Source of the DNA: Tubiluchus corallicola
Lineage: Eukaryota; Animalia; Priapulida
Assembly (NCBI GenBank): GCA_030141605.1
Contig: JAQGDQ010000086.1
Span: forward strand, 305,418-369,417
Reading direction: 5' to 3'
DNA length: 64,000 nt
This document shows positions 1 to 29,458 of this stretch, one piece after another (position 1 is the stretch's first letter; each line of letters opens with the position of its first letter). A program made the translations under genes and the position numbers. The notes beneath the pieces are model-generated. The model had not been told where the DNA came from. It saw nothing but the letters and a program-made list of their open reading frames with translations, and searched no databases.

Positions 1-17348
<17,348 letters not shown>

Positions 17349-19018
17349 AAAACTGAACAAAAGAGTATTGTGAGAATATCACTCGAACCAGCTGCAATAA
17401 GCTTGAAGAAACCTCGGACCAATTTGATTATGAGCTTGTAACCTTTTTTATATAAGCTTCTTTCACTTTGACTAATAAGGTATTGTGTGTTTGGTATTGT
17501 CACTTTTGCAGGTGCATAATGCCCATCTGTTTAATGTTTTTTTGTTAGCTGCACATTTGCTGGTTCACATTTATTGTCTTCTGACTTGTGTTTGGTGTTA
17601 TTTATTAAACCGTTTTACTGTTTTAGAAGCATGATATTGTGTGTTATAATCCTGATTTCACACAGATTTAAACTTCAATTTGCAATAGTTATTAAAAGTA
17701 TTTGGCAGAAACGTGCTATATTTTTTGACTAATGTGGTTTATGCTAGCACTGTTTTATGGAAAATGTATCCATTTCCATACCCCAGTAAAAAATAAATGA
17801 CTTGTAACTAAAAAGACAAAAATGTTGCTAAATTTGATATATCAGGATCTTTTACTTAATCACCTTGTTTTTTTGAAGCAGTCATTTTGTTATTGAGTTC
17901 TTGTGCATATATTTTTGTTTCACTATCTACTCTTCTGTTGGGTGTGTTTATACTAATGTTTATAATAATGCTTGTTAATTATTGTTGTTGTTATTATTAA
18001 TGCCTGTGTAATTATTTTAAAACTTGTGCTAGGTTTTGTTATGATTCTCATTTAGTTTGAAATTTCTGTGATTAATGTCTTAACTCTGTAAAACTATAAG
18101 TTTTTTTTTTGTTTGGTATTTTTGGTGTCAGAAAAGTGCTACAAACCAATAAACTTTATTCTGTGATGATGCAAATTGATGTTTACAGTCTTTCTGTATC
18201 AATGGTCTTTTTGCATTTTACAGTAACTATTATGATGTTAATAACAACACAAAATCACGCAGTTTGCAAAGAAACGAATGGAATTTTGTAGCTAATATGT
18301 ACAGGGTATTTTGGCAGACAGTCGTAAGATCTTGCAAAAACTGAAATTGTGTTGGCGAACAATGAACATCAGGTGTCAGGTGTTGAATGAATTTCACATT
18401 TTAGCTGAAAGACCCGAACTTTGGCTGTTTTTTCAACAAAAATGCTGTCAGCTAATACTATCATGCAACGACTTGTTTCAGCATGAAAGAACAAAGTACT
18501 GAAAGAGCAAGTTGTTGCTATACAATTCAGGGAAAACATAGTACACTGCCTAAATAATATTTCATAATTCTGAAAGGAATCTGAGAAACATTAGCCATTT
18601 TTCGACATAAATATTTTAAAAATATTCTGACACAAAGACGTTTGCGTTGCCAATTTTTTGTTACCACGACACTAAATCAAGATAGTAAGGTGAGGTAAGG
18701 TCAAGTAAAGGTGGTGACTTTAAATTCTTGAAAAGTTGAATAGCGACAAAAAAGTTTTTGATTAGCAAAGTTGTTTTACGCTGTATTAACAATATACGCC
18801 TGATATGCAATATAATTTTATGCTGCTGCTGACAAGTAGTTACCATCTACTTCGCGATTTCGTAACAGACTGAACGCACCCAATGCTCAACACTAGATTT
18901 GGTTCATTTAAGAAGCACTTCTTACCTATAATGCATTATTAATTCTGAAAATCAAATACTGCAAAAGTGTGTCGGTAATTGTCGCTATTTACAGGGCCAC
19001 AGATACAAATATTCTTGT

Positions 19019-19064
19019 GCTAAATAGACTGATGCAAGGCCGCTAAATAGACTGATGCAAGGCC
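19019..19064 (+). repeat. Perfect 23-bp tandem duplication
   Basis: GCTAAATAGACTGATGCAAGGCC x2. Confidence 0.95.
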
Positions 19065-20268
19065 ATGGTATGGTTACAGTCTAATGGTTAATTATCTGTA
19101 TGGTGTTTTGTACAGCTTTGTTATTATAAAGTCAGCCTCTGTATCTGTAAAGATGAGCGTGAACTTATTTAGCCTAAAGCGAAATTGTACAAGTTCTAAG
19201 ACTTGTTTACCATTTTAGTGTGCGTTATAAAAGATAGAATATCTGGTTTATTGAGTGTGAACGCCATTAACGTGTTGAAACATCAGATACATAACATGCA
19301 GCTTATAAAGCAATTGAAGTTAGAATTGACTTTTCAATAATTTTCTTCAGCTCGGTTTGCTGCTTTAGCTGATAGGAAAGGGAGTGAGAAAATATTCGCC
19401 ATCAAGACACAATAGCCTAGTTCCACTAAACCTGTGTTTGTTTTCCGTTTCGATACAGTGGTCTAGCGTGCAGCGGTACAGTAGGTAAAGGGTGCACTTG
19501 CAAAGGGGTGACTGCTTGCTATTTGGATTAATCATGAAAATTGTTTAGCTATATCAGAAAATTCAGTGGTTCAGTATTGATCCTCGGTAACAGTTTGCAG
19601 TTATTTCGTTTGCTAAGCGATTAAAGTGCATTTTCGCATGTGTATAAAACGACGAAGGCGTAACTCATTACACGTATAAGTCAAAGCTAAGCTGTAGTTC
19701 CTCGTACTTTGCAGTGATCGAGTTTGCAGTTTGAACTGTTTTCTTGTCACTGTAGTGTGTTCAGCGTATTGTACTAGAATTTAAATCGTATTATAAAGTT
19801 ACCTTTCGCAATTTGATGCGAGTTACACATTTATATATCGTTGGCACAGCGAGAGTTATGTATTTTTGTAAAAAATACTACAGGCGTCTTTCTTTGTATT
19901 TTTGCTGAGTACGACCAAAATACCTGGTAAATTGAGGTACCCGGTTATGGTTAGAAAAAAGTTAAAAGTTGAACAGAGTTAAGTTGCGTTTACCAAACAC
20001 CCGGAATGCGTTATTGGCTTGCATATCCAGCTGTGATATCCTTTTAAAAATCATTAGGAATAGCTGCAGAAAAAATAAGGCAGGTCTGATAGATGGGTTC
20101 AATAACACATCCCGTGATGAGAAAAATAAATGCGTCATGTAAAATTTCGTAGGACCCAATGGATTGTCACGATTGTCATCATATATTTTTATAATAAGTA
20201 CATTATCTTATTTTCTATAGGTTTCCATTAAAATTTTCAGACCTGGTCTGGAGAGCTACAACTAGACA

Positions 20269-20901
20269 ATGAATGAAAACGTGCAATTGATGAATGTTAG
20301 ACGCCTGAGGCAAAGCGGGGATTGTGCTCAATGCTGCAATAGCCGGACTTGCAACTGCTGGTCAGTTGAAGGGCTTGACCAAAGGATTTCCTCACAGGAC
20401 CCGCTTCTTTATCACCAATCTAAGTTACCAAAAGATGTGCCAGACGACAAGTATGTAGATGAAAGTGATTGTGGTCCAGTTATTTTTACAGTGCCCCTCG
20501 ATATACTGAGTAATTTAGGACCAAGTGGAGGGCAGAAATCATGGTTCAAACCTGATACAGGACAATGCATTGCAGTTCCTAAATGGGAGTTGATGCTCCA
20601 AAAGGTGCACAGACCGGGAGGGTATTGGACGTGTGCTAACACAGGATTGCAGTGGATCAGTGGAGAAGTTTTAAATGTAGAGGTTATAACTGGCTCTCTG
20701 AATTGTATATTAAGTGGAAGTTGGATTGAAATAGTGAATTATAATCCGGAAAAAAGTATCCGGCGGATTTACAAAGATGGCGCATTACAGCGAAACAGGT
20801 GGTTAATTTGTTGCATGGCCCAATTAGACAGGCTGCTTGATCCTTCAGCAGGATTTTCATGTGATGGGAAAATTAGGATTAAGTTGTGCTTGCAAGTGTA
20901 A
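20269..20901 (+). CDS. Uncharacterised 210-aa protein with a Cys-rich N-terminus and a divergent MATH/TRAF-C-like domain
   Basis: Stop-free ORF with an in-frame TAG just upstream of the ATG. Acceptors at 20220 and 20240 imply a non-coding first exon (candidate donor at 19484/85). The segments VIFTVP, PKWELML, IEIVNYNPEKSIRRI and LLDPSAGFSCDGKIRIKLCLQV resemble, by eye, the USP7-type MATH pattern ([35 protein letters not shown]). Confidence 0.6.
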   Translation: MNENVQLMNVRRLRQSGDCAQCCNSRTCNCWSVEGLDQRISSQDPLLYHQSKLPKDVPDDKYVDESDCGPVIFTVPLDILSNLGPSGGQKSWFKPDTGQCIAVPKWELMLQKVHRPGGYWTCANTGLQWISGEVLNVEVITGSLNCILSGSWIEIVNYNPEKSIRRIYKDGALQRNRWLICCMAQLDRLLDPSAGFSCDGKIRIKLCLQV

Positions 20902-21790
20902 TCATGAATGCTCACACAAACGCAACGAGTACAAACTGACAGGTGAAGTTGTGAAAATTGGTGTCAGCATGCGACAAACTGTGCCCAGTTCTTTTAAACT
21001 CGTGCTTGAAATCAATGGCTTGTATATTATAAAAATGTGAAATATGGCTACGCTTATTAATGCTTTTCAAGAACTTAATAATGTGTGTATCATATAATTA
21101 ATGTTGCTTTTTTTCATCTTGCCATTCCGCTTATCATTGCCTGACACGATGATGTAGCCTCTTCTCTCAAGGCTCAGGTGATGTAGAGTCAAATCTGCTA
21201 GCTGCATTCTGGATAAAACACAAGACCAAATCATGACCGCTACTCTACTGGTGTGTTCAGCGATTGGTTTTCAGTCTTTTTACGATTGTAAGCCTATCCA
21301 TTTTGCTTGTGGCCTTGTTTTTTTCGCGTTGTATAAAAACTGCCACACTTATACATGCTTCTGTGCACACAAGTTTGATTATCAGTTGATAAACACTCTA
21401 CTGGCATGAACAACCAATTACACAGACCTACCTAAATACGTTTGTAATTATATAACCGTTTGTATACATTTTTTATTAACATTAACACTCACCAGCTGTT
21501 CACTATTTGACTGATAACTGTGAACTGTGTTAGCAACTAAAAAAATTTGGTTTTTGGTCTACACATATGCAGTACAACTGCTTCTACAATATAACCTAAA
21601 CAATAATTATGATTTATAATGTGCAGCTCATAAACTATGCAAATAAGAAACCTTTGTTACTTGTGTGAGACTATATTTTTGTGTGAATTCCATTAAACAT
21701 GTGTGTATTGAATAAATTTCTCTATCTATCTTATTCTAAAAAACAGTTTCTTAGTTTTCATTTCACTTCTGTGTTGAACTGCGGTTCAGA

Positions 21791-24700
21791 TTATGCAAGT
21801 TGGTTTCCCCCACTAGCCAACTGTTTTTGCTGGTAGGATTTTACTTTAGAATTGGGCATTCGCCGAACGCGTTTTCCATAAATCATGTTCTTTCTGAATT
21901 CGGCTGCAGACTTGGACGACGTTTGCGACTTTTCCAATACATCCAGTGCAAGCACCTTGTACGTAGAACCATCACTTTCTGAGTTTAATGGAATATAATC
22001 TCCAGATGTCACTCTTTTATGTTTTTCTTGAGCATCATGTGTCGATTCACCTAAGCTGCTCTTTCCTGGCAAAGATGTCACCTTATCATGAGGAGAAGTC
22101 TTCTTTGTTTCCTCCTCTAATCTTGACACTGCTTGGAGCAGCTCATCTGGTAACTTCTTGGCCTGCAGCTGTTCGATTTTCCTGCGTTTTTGTTCTACGT
22201 ACTGAGCCTGTCTTTCCTTCCGTTTTTCCTTTCCTCTTTCTTTTTGTTCTCTTACATTCTGTTGTGCTAACTTGGCCATTTTTAAAGAATCAGCTTTACT
22301 GCTGGCAAATGACACGTCGACGGGTGCGCTATCTTCACTGCCACTGTCGGCGTTCTCAGTATCACTGTCATCATCTGGATTTTCTATCGTCATTGTAGTC
22401 AACTCTTTATCGGAGTCATCACTGTAATTATAAAAAAGACAATTGGGGAAGAACTGTGTGTTACGCTAATTGTTGTAAGCATGATGTGTGTACACGTGTG
22501 TTTGATGTGTTCCCATTTTCACTGTTAAAGGTCATGGTGTATAGGTGACGAGCTTTCAAGATTTTAACAAATTAGCCCGATTAGACTTCTTTATGATTTA
22601 AACAGTAAAAGCACTAGTTAGATCTTCACGTTTTAGTTCATATATTAGCACTTCAGAGCATATTAAAAGCTCCCCAGCTTAGTACAAAACAATGAAATAC
22701 CTATAATTATTTACAACAATTACAATTTATGTATTTTTATTATTATTTAAGTCCATTTCGCAAGAATTTATGCTAATACAGCATTGTCAGGATGGTACTC
22801 AAGTAATTTCACAATCCAAATGTGTATTAAATTTGATTTCGCAAGACAGTTAATAATATTTACAATAGCGCATATTATGGTGAATCTTCTAACTCATTTA
22901 GTCACATACGTATAAACACGCAGGTACCCATATTGAAAATGTTATGCACAACGTACTTTGAAAACACCTTTTATACTTTGAAGTTGCTGCACATTCAGAT
23001 TAATGCTTTAACGCACCTTTTACTGTAAAAGGGTACTTAAAAATGTACAAAGTTACAGAACACCTAGTTAAGTTGACTCATAATTAACCAAAAATACAGA
23101 CAGATATTGAATGGCAAATTGAACAGACAGATGAACAGATAAAGTACTAGATTACAACTATTACACTGAGAGCTAAACTGTCACTTAAAGAAATATTCTA
23201 AAACTGTAGTTTTGCTTAATTATGTTACAAAATTATTCCTAATTTTTATTTACAAGTTTTTTGCATTAATATGAATTGTGAAGCCAGTGTGTCTGCAATC
23301 AAGAGAAAAATAGAGAGGCCTAAAGCCTATAACCAGTACCAATTCAATAAACTGAAACATGAATTCCAGTTTTACAATCACAAAAAAATTTGTAATTTAT
23401 ATGATCCCAAGCTATAGGATAAAAAAGTTAATGTAAATTCAATATTGCTGTATCGTCGAATTAAACAATCACAACGTACAGTGCAGCAATAGATTAGTGC
23501 TATACATCAGCGTCATGCTCATGCCGGTCAATTACATTGATCGGTATCAATACTTAGTGTCTAAACTCTAAAGTCTATATTCAATAATAGTATGAGTCAC
23601 TGGAAATTTATGCACAATGATCATTTCTCGCAAAGCACTTAGCAATAATCTTTCATCAAAGCATACCAACACCATTCCATTTTGTCAAATGGATTGTAAC
23701 AATAAAAAAATCACTCTTCATATAATTTATTATAGATCTAATGACAAATACAAGTAGGCCTATGAATTGTTGTGTGAAATATGGATATCAGACATCGTCA
23801 AAGTTTGACGGCATCTTAAAACAGTTACCGGTACTGTATTAAATAAGTTACACATTTGCAATTAACAGCGGGAAAATCATACACATGGTGTATGTGAGAT
23901 CTGATTTGTTCTAAGATGTTGTCATGGCAATACCTTCATGGCCAATCATCTGCTGAAGACCGCCCTCTTGAGATTGTTCAAAAGTAATTGTCTGAGCATT
24001 AGAAGACTCTTCGTGTTCATCTGTTTTTACTTGCACCGTATGAAAACGACCACCTTCACCACGCACTCTCTTCATGGCGTGTTTGTGACGAGATTCGTGG
24101 AGGTATTTCTTTCGCTCTTTAGGAATTCGTCCCTCAGCTTCGAGCTTAGCCCGGGCTTGGCGCCGCTTCAAGATTCGATGATACTGCTTGGCATTCACAT
24201 AGAGTGGTTCCTCCTCGAGAGTCATCTCAGCTGCACCAGGAAGTGCCATGGTGCGCTGCAGTGTCGCAGCACTAGTATTCGCTCCCTGCGGCACCATCAT
24301 AATCACCTGTGCACCAACAGGAATGTTTAGACCATTCGTGCTTGCGGCCGGTAAACTAATTACTTGCGCAGTTGTGTTAGCCGCGGCCTGCCCAGCCACA
24401 TTCAGTTGGGGTGTTGCCCCGGGTGCGTTAGCAAACACAATTTGTTGACCAGCAGCTATAGATGTTGGAACTGCTGATAAATTCACTACACCACTTGAGC
24501 CTTGTGGCTGAAGCTGAATCGCTCCATCTTGGTTCTGTCCAGTAACGGCTGTCTGGTATATTATGTTCTGGCCATCATTAGTTGCCACTTGTGATGGTTG
24601 TGCTGCTACTGTCTGTGGTTGAAGGGCCTGTATTACAAGTTGCTGGCCAGTTGGCAGCTGAACTGTCCCTTGCGGTAGCCCTTGCACAACAACCTGCTGC

Positions 24701-27700
24701 CCGAGTGCTTGCTGCAAAACTTGTTGTTGTACACCACTCATTTTCATCTGATGCTAATTAAGGTAGTCTCACCAATCATAAGCTATAGAAAAAATAATTT
24801 TCCTGTTATAGGCTATTGTTATATCCGGAAATAACCTCACAGCAAGCTAAACAACTTCTTAGGTATACTTCTTCTCTTTCTTTAGTTTCTCTAATTCCAC
24901 AACATTATTAAAAGACAAGCCAATCTCCGGAGAACTTGTCCTCATTTTAATATTTGTGAAAAACGTTGGAAAGTTTTTGCTTATTATCTTTGGCATTTTA
25001 ATTTTGTTTCTGTTTTGTTATAAAGTTTATTAACTAAAATAATTTTTGTTAACTAAAATAATATTTTCGTCAATCGGACTGAAGACGATTTTTTATGCTT
25101 GAATGCCACTGCATAAAATACCAAGTTAAGCTAGGACACCAGACCGAAGCTTAATGGATTTTTTTTTACCAAAATTAAACTGAATTTTGTTGTAATTCCA
25201 TTTGAAATGGATTATAAACTCTATCATATTTTTTGTCATTTTAAATTAACAGTGATTAGTGATATGTGTAAAATTGCAATAGTATAAATGTTTACTAGCT
25301 TGAGTTGTCATTAACACTGCCATGATATTGCGCATTGACATGACTTGTGCACAGACGATGCATTGCATTCAGCGCTTCTAGTTACCACACAGAAACAGAA
25401 AGCAAAATGTCGGCTGTTGTGCTGTGTTCACTGTTTACTATCAGTTTTTTGTAAAAGTTTATAACTTTTTACAAGCATCAAAAGGAAGTATTCGGTTTGT
25501 TTATTGTAATTCTCAGTTGTTAAAAAAGCAACTTCGGTATACCGATCTTCAGTGAACCTTTTATAGTGTTTTGCAACCGAAGTTTTACTGGACAGGGATT
25601 TTATACTGATATTCGGGGAAAAATTTTAGCAATCTCAATATTCAGTGCATCACTACACAAACTTTGAAAAAAATAGCATTTTTCTGTCAATTTTTCTAAC
25701 CACAAAATAAACAAAATCATTAAACTTTAATTTTGAAACAACTACTAAACTTTAACATTTCACAGAGGTCTCTTAGCACCAGTTAAATGCCTGATTGTTG
25801 GTGCAATGTATAATGTATTTTGTAATGTACTGATTCGAGTGTTGTATATAACACCCATGTGATCAGTTGCAGACGTGATTATTTCGATGTGGGTTTCAGT
25901 CTTAAGAAATGAATAAAAGTGACTGATAAGACAGGCACTTTGTCCTTTACTTCAAAACATAGGAGTATGAGGGAGGAAGTGTTTGCCCTGTCAGAGCAAA
26001 TGAAATATAGATTTTAAGAGCAAAAGATTTTCAGGTATTTATTTTCTGGGCAAATACTTGTATAGTAAAATTTCCATATTTTTAATACTGAATACAAAAA
26101 AAATGCTAAAAATGTAAAGCAAAACCGGACCCAATCTTAAACTGTATGTCAAAACAATCTACTCTTTAAAGTATTGAAAGGGAACATACTATTTATCTTT
26201 TCAAAAAAGACTTACGTGAAAGAATTATTACCACACAAATACAATTTCGCATTCCCACCACTAGTTCTTCGCTGTTACATGTATTTTGCCATTCACAGGC
26301 ATGTTAGACAGGCACTAGCACCTGCATTTCGGAAAGGCATTACACAAAAACAGGTACTGTACCGCTCAGTTCAGCTGTGTTAGTTTCTGACGAACTGCAC
26401 ACATTTGACAGCTCATGGGGTGAACACAGCAGTAAATTTGAAATTTTATCTTAAAACATGCCTAATTTTAGTACAACACATTGAATATCTTACAGTAGCA
26501 CTGTACTTCAATTTTTGCTTTCGCAAACACGTGCAACACGCTCGTAGAATATTTTTGCTATTGAAAATTATGTTAGTTTGTGATGTCATCAATAGTAGTT
26601 GGGCTCGCCCGCCGTTAATTAAGTTTTTAATCTATTATTTAATTATCAGAACCACTTTTGCAATATTATCGTGTTAAAGTGTATACTTTTTATTGGACTT
26701 GAAAATGGGGCAGTAGATGAATAATCATCCTGTCTTCCTTTAAAATGCACACGAATAAAATTTGTAAGCTCATGGACTTTAAAGAATGTAAAAGTAAACT
26801 TTCATTTCATTTTCCTAAAAATTTCTGCTAATTTCCACTTGAAAAATAAAAATATTCATAAGGTTTTGCAAAAAAGCTTGCACAAAAAGTTTTGCAAAAC
26901 TCATACTGTGCATTTCAGCATCAAACTTAAAAAATTTTACGTTCATTGCAATGTTGTTGTATCATTTGGAATAGGAATTCTGACTAGAAGGAATTGTAAA
27001 TTACGTTCATTAAACACCGGTCATTACCCTTGGCTTAAATTTTGCTTAAAATAACATTTCCAACTTTCTCTTGTCTTCATAGTCGGGGTTAGGTGATCCA
27101 TGTCGTAGGTTGCAAATCGGCCTCACAAGTTGACTAGCCTAGTACTTCTGTTCATCTAAATCTGGCCCTTAGTAGGCCTATAAATGTTTTGTTTTTTTTA
27201 GACATTTCTCAGTTCATACCCTCTGTAAGTATGCACAATGCTGTTTGCACTTATTTGGAAAGCATATAGGCTAAGGTAAGTTAGAAAATTTTCAGGGCAA
27301 ATTCCTTCTGCCCCCCCCCCCGTGAAACATCCTCCCGCCTATGCTTGAAAAAGCTGAAAGCTGTTACAAAATTTAAGGTCACGTCATTACTCAAACTGTA
27401 GTGCTTGCTACTTTTTCTATATATAAGCTCCATGTTGACACAACACAAACTATAGTATTAATTAGTAATAGTAAGAATTATTTTAAGAATTTGTAATAAG
27501 CTACCATATCTCTGCAAAAAAATGAATGTGTTGCTATCAATTCACTTCTTTTTATTAACTCTGAAAGAATTATCAAATCACAGTATAACAATAGATACAA
27601 TGCCTGAAGCAAAGAAGAAGGGTAACAAAGAACACATACTGACAAGTGACATAGATTATCTAGTCAGCCACCCCTAAGTAGGTAAGATTGGTGCTATCAC

Positions 27701-28106
27701 TAAACTGTACTACATTACCCAATACTGGTTTACGAGTACTCTCGCATCAAAACTTAAAATTTGATTTGTCTACCGCAGCGCACTGAGTGATCAAAATTTA
27801 CTAAAACCAACTGATCTGTTTAGAATATTGTGGTATACGTACAGATTCGACCCAAAACTTATGGAAAACATGAAAGATTTATATCAAAGCGAAATGCTGA
27901 TGAAAATTTAATGATCTAAAGCTTCTGAACTTGGGCAAATACATTAGCCAAGGCATTGCTTTAGGCCTATAATCATTGCTTGAATTATTCATGAATCACA
28001 TTATTAAAAGAATAATAAGACCTAACATATTTTTTAATCAGAAATGCAGGCAAAACTCTGATTACCTGGAATCATTTTCTCTTTCCCTTAGGAATCTTTT
28101 TTTCAT
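21791..28106 (-). CDS. NOL7: NOL7-like (NUC129 family) nucleolar/SSU-processome protein, two coding exons, about 223 aa
   Basis: Exon 1 28106-28066 ([13 protein letters not shown] + AG|GTAATC) joins in phase to exon 2 22421-21791 (TTACAG|T GAT GAC TCC GAT AAA GAG...). The protein has an acidic N-terminus, [26 protein letters not shown]...LPDELL and C-terminal [16 protein letters not shown]. These parallel human NOL7 ([29 protein letters not shown]). Confidence 0.8.
23911..24747 (-). CDS. NFYA: Nuclear transcription factor Y subunit alpha, intronless CDS, 278 aa
   Basis: Q/hydrophobic-rich activation region followed by the canonical CBF-B/NF-YA domain [57 protein letters not shown]. Confidence 0.98.
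   Translation of the reverse strand: MKMSGVQQQVLQQALGQQVVVQGLPQGTVQLPTGQQLVIQALQPQTVAAQPSQVATNDGQNIIYQTAVTGQNQDGAIQLQPQGSSGVVNLSAVPTSIAAGQQIVFANAPGATPQLNVAGQAAANTTAQVISLPAASTNGLNIPVGAQVIMMVPQGANTSAATLQRTMALPGAAEMTLEEEPLYVNAKQYHRILKRRQARAKLEAEGRIPKERKKYLHESRHKHAMKRVRGEGGRFHTVQVKTDEHEESSNAQTITFEQSQEGGLQQMIGHEGIAMTTS
24772..24924. promoter_or_regulatory. Two CCAAT boxes just upstream of the NF-YA start codon
   Basis: ACCAATCA (CCAAT at 24772-24776) and AGCCAATC (CCAAT at 24920-24924) resemble the NF-Y consensus. Function is unproven. Confidence 0.3.
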
Positions 28107-29458
28107 CTTTAATAATTTTGCGGTACGATCTACAATCAAACTAATTTCTAACGCACAAATTACACAATGGAGAATGGCCGTATCGCACAATCAGCGCCAA
28201 GCAATATGGGAAACCTTGCACGGTTTCTTTATTGATTTTCCATTGAGTAAATGGGCTCTTTTTTACGACTCGGTCGATAGAACAAATTTTTACTGCAGCA
28301 CGCGCTGGTAAACCTATACGGCGTGCTTATCGACGACACAAAAGTAATTATACAAATTGTTTGTCAAGTGTTCAAAAATTGGCCAGCCGTATTATTATGG
28401 GATGAGAGTTACTTCTTTTATAGCTGGATAGAGGACTAAGCAATTCAATATCAATTCCGCAATTGCTAATTTGCTACACTACAGTTATAGGAATCCGTTT
28501 TTTTAATCAGGTTAGTGTTATGTTGTTGTACAGTTAGTTCATAGCGAAAATTCACCCCATAGAAAAAAGGACGAATACAATTTTGCATTTGTTTTCAAGA
28601 ATTTTTACTAGACATGATGAAGTCGTTAATGCAGATGTTATTTTGTCAAGAAAGACGTGGTGCTAAAAAACCTTTTACTAAGAAGGAAAATAAACGTATG
28701 AAGAAAACTGAAATAGTTTAACTTAAAGGAAAAGTCTTCTATCTACACATACCTGGCAAATGAATGAAACCTGTACTAATGTCTAGGAGACAATGTTGAA
28801 ATGCAGTGCAAAGCTATCAGGTAGTTAATGTTTGCAGAAATGCTGAGAGCTGAAAACACCTTAAAGGTTGATTTTCTAACTGCTTGTATTTTTTGTCTTG
28901 CATTAATAAATTTCCCTACATTCTTTCTATACCCATTCTTGAGAATGCGGATGTAAAACAACCTTTTCAATAAAAAAAAAAACAAACAAACCCAGTGTTC
29001 AACATAAAATCATCATGTATTACAATAAGTTTGTAAGACCAATCTGCTGAGAACAACAATGTAACATTATAATATACTAAAACAAGTGGAAGCACTCAAA
29101 ACAATCAATATAAGATCCAATGATTAGACAGGTATTGATTTTAATCACCACAAAATTGTTCTTAATTGGTGAATTCCAAAAAATAGTCAAAAAATAGTCT
29201 TGCTTTTAGGGAAAACATAAAAATCACGTAAAGTATTAAAATAATCTGTTTTAACCTTTATTATTACTAATATATGCATAATTTTAATACTGACGTTAAT
29301 AGTATAGTTGTCTCTAGACCTAGCAACCTATGTTATAGATTGTTGATATTTTTCCATTTTACTATCGTTAAACTATAATTAAACTTTTATAAAAATGCAG
29401 TATCCAGTGTTATCACAGCAAGACCGCAGCCACAAAGCAGTTAAATTCAGTACTCATC

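Noticed and set aside
21988-24448. Plus-strand ORFs 21988-22398, 23938-24330 and 24248-24448
   Set aside because: Antisense shadows of the NOL7 and NF-YA coding sequences with no recognisable motifs.
27976-28311. 111-aa plus-strand ORF over the NOL7/NF-YA first exon
   Set aside because: TTG start, antisense to the first exon and promoter region, no recognisable homology.
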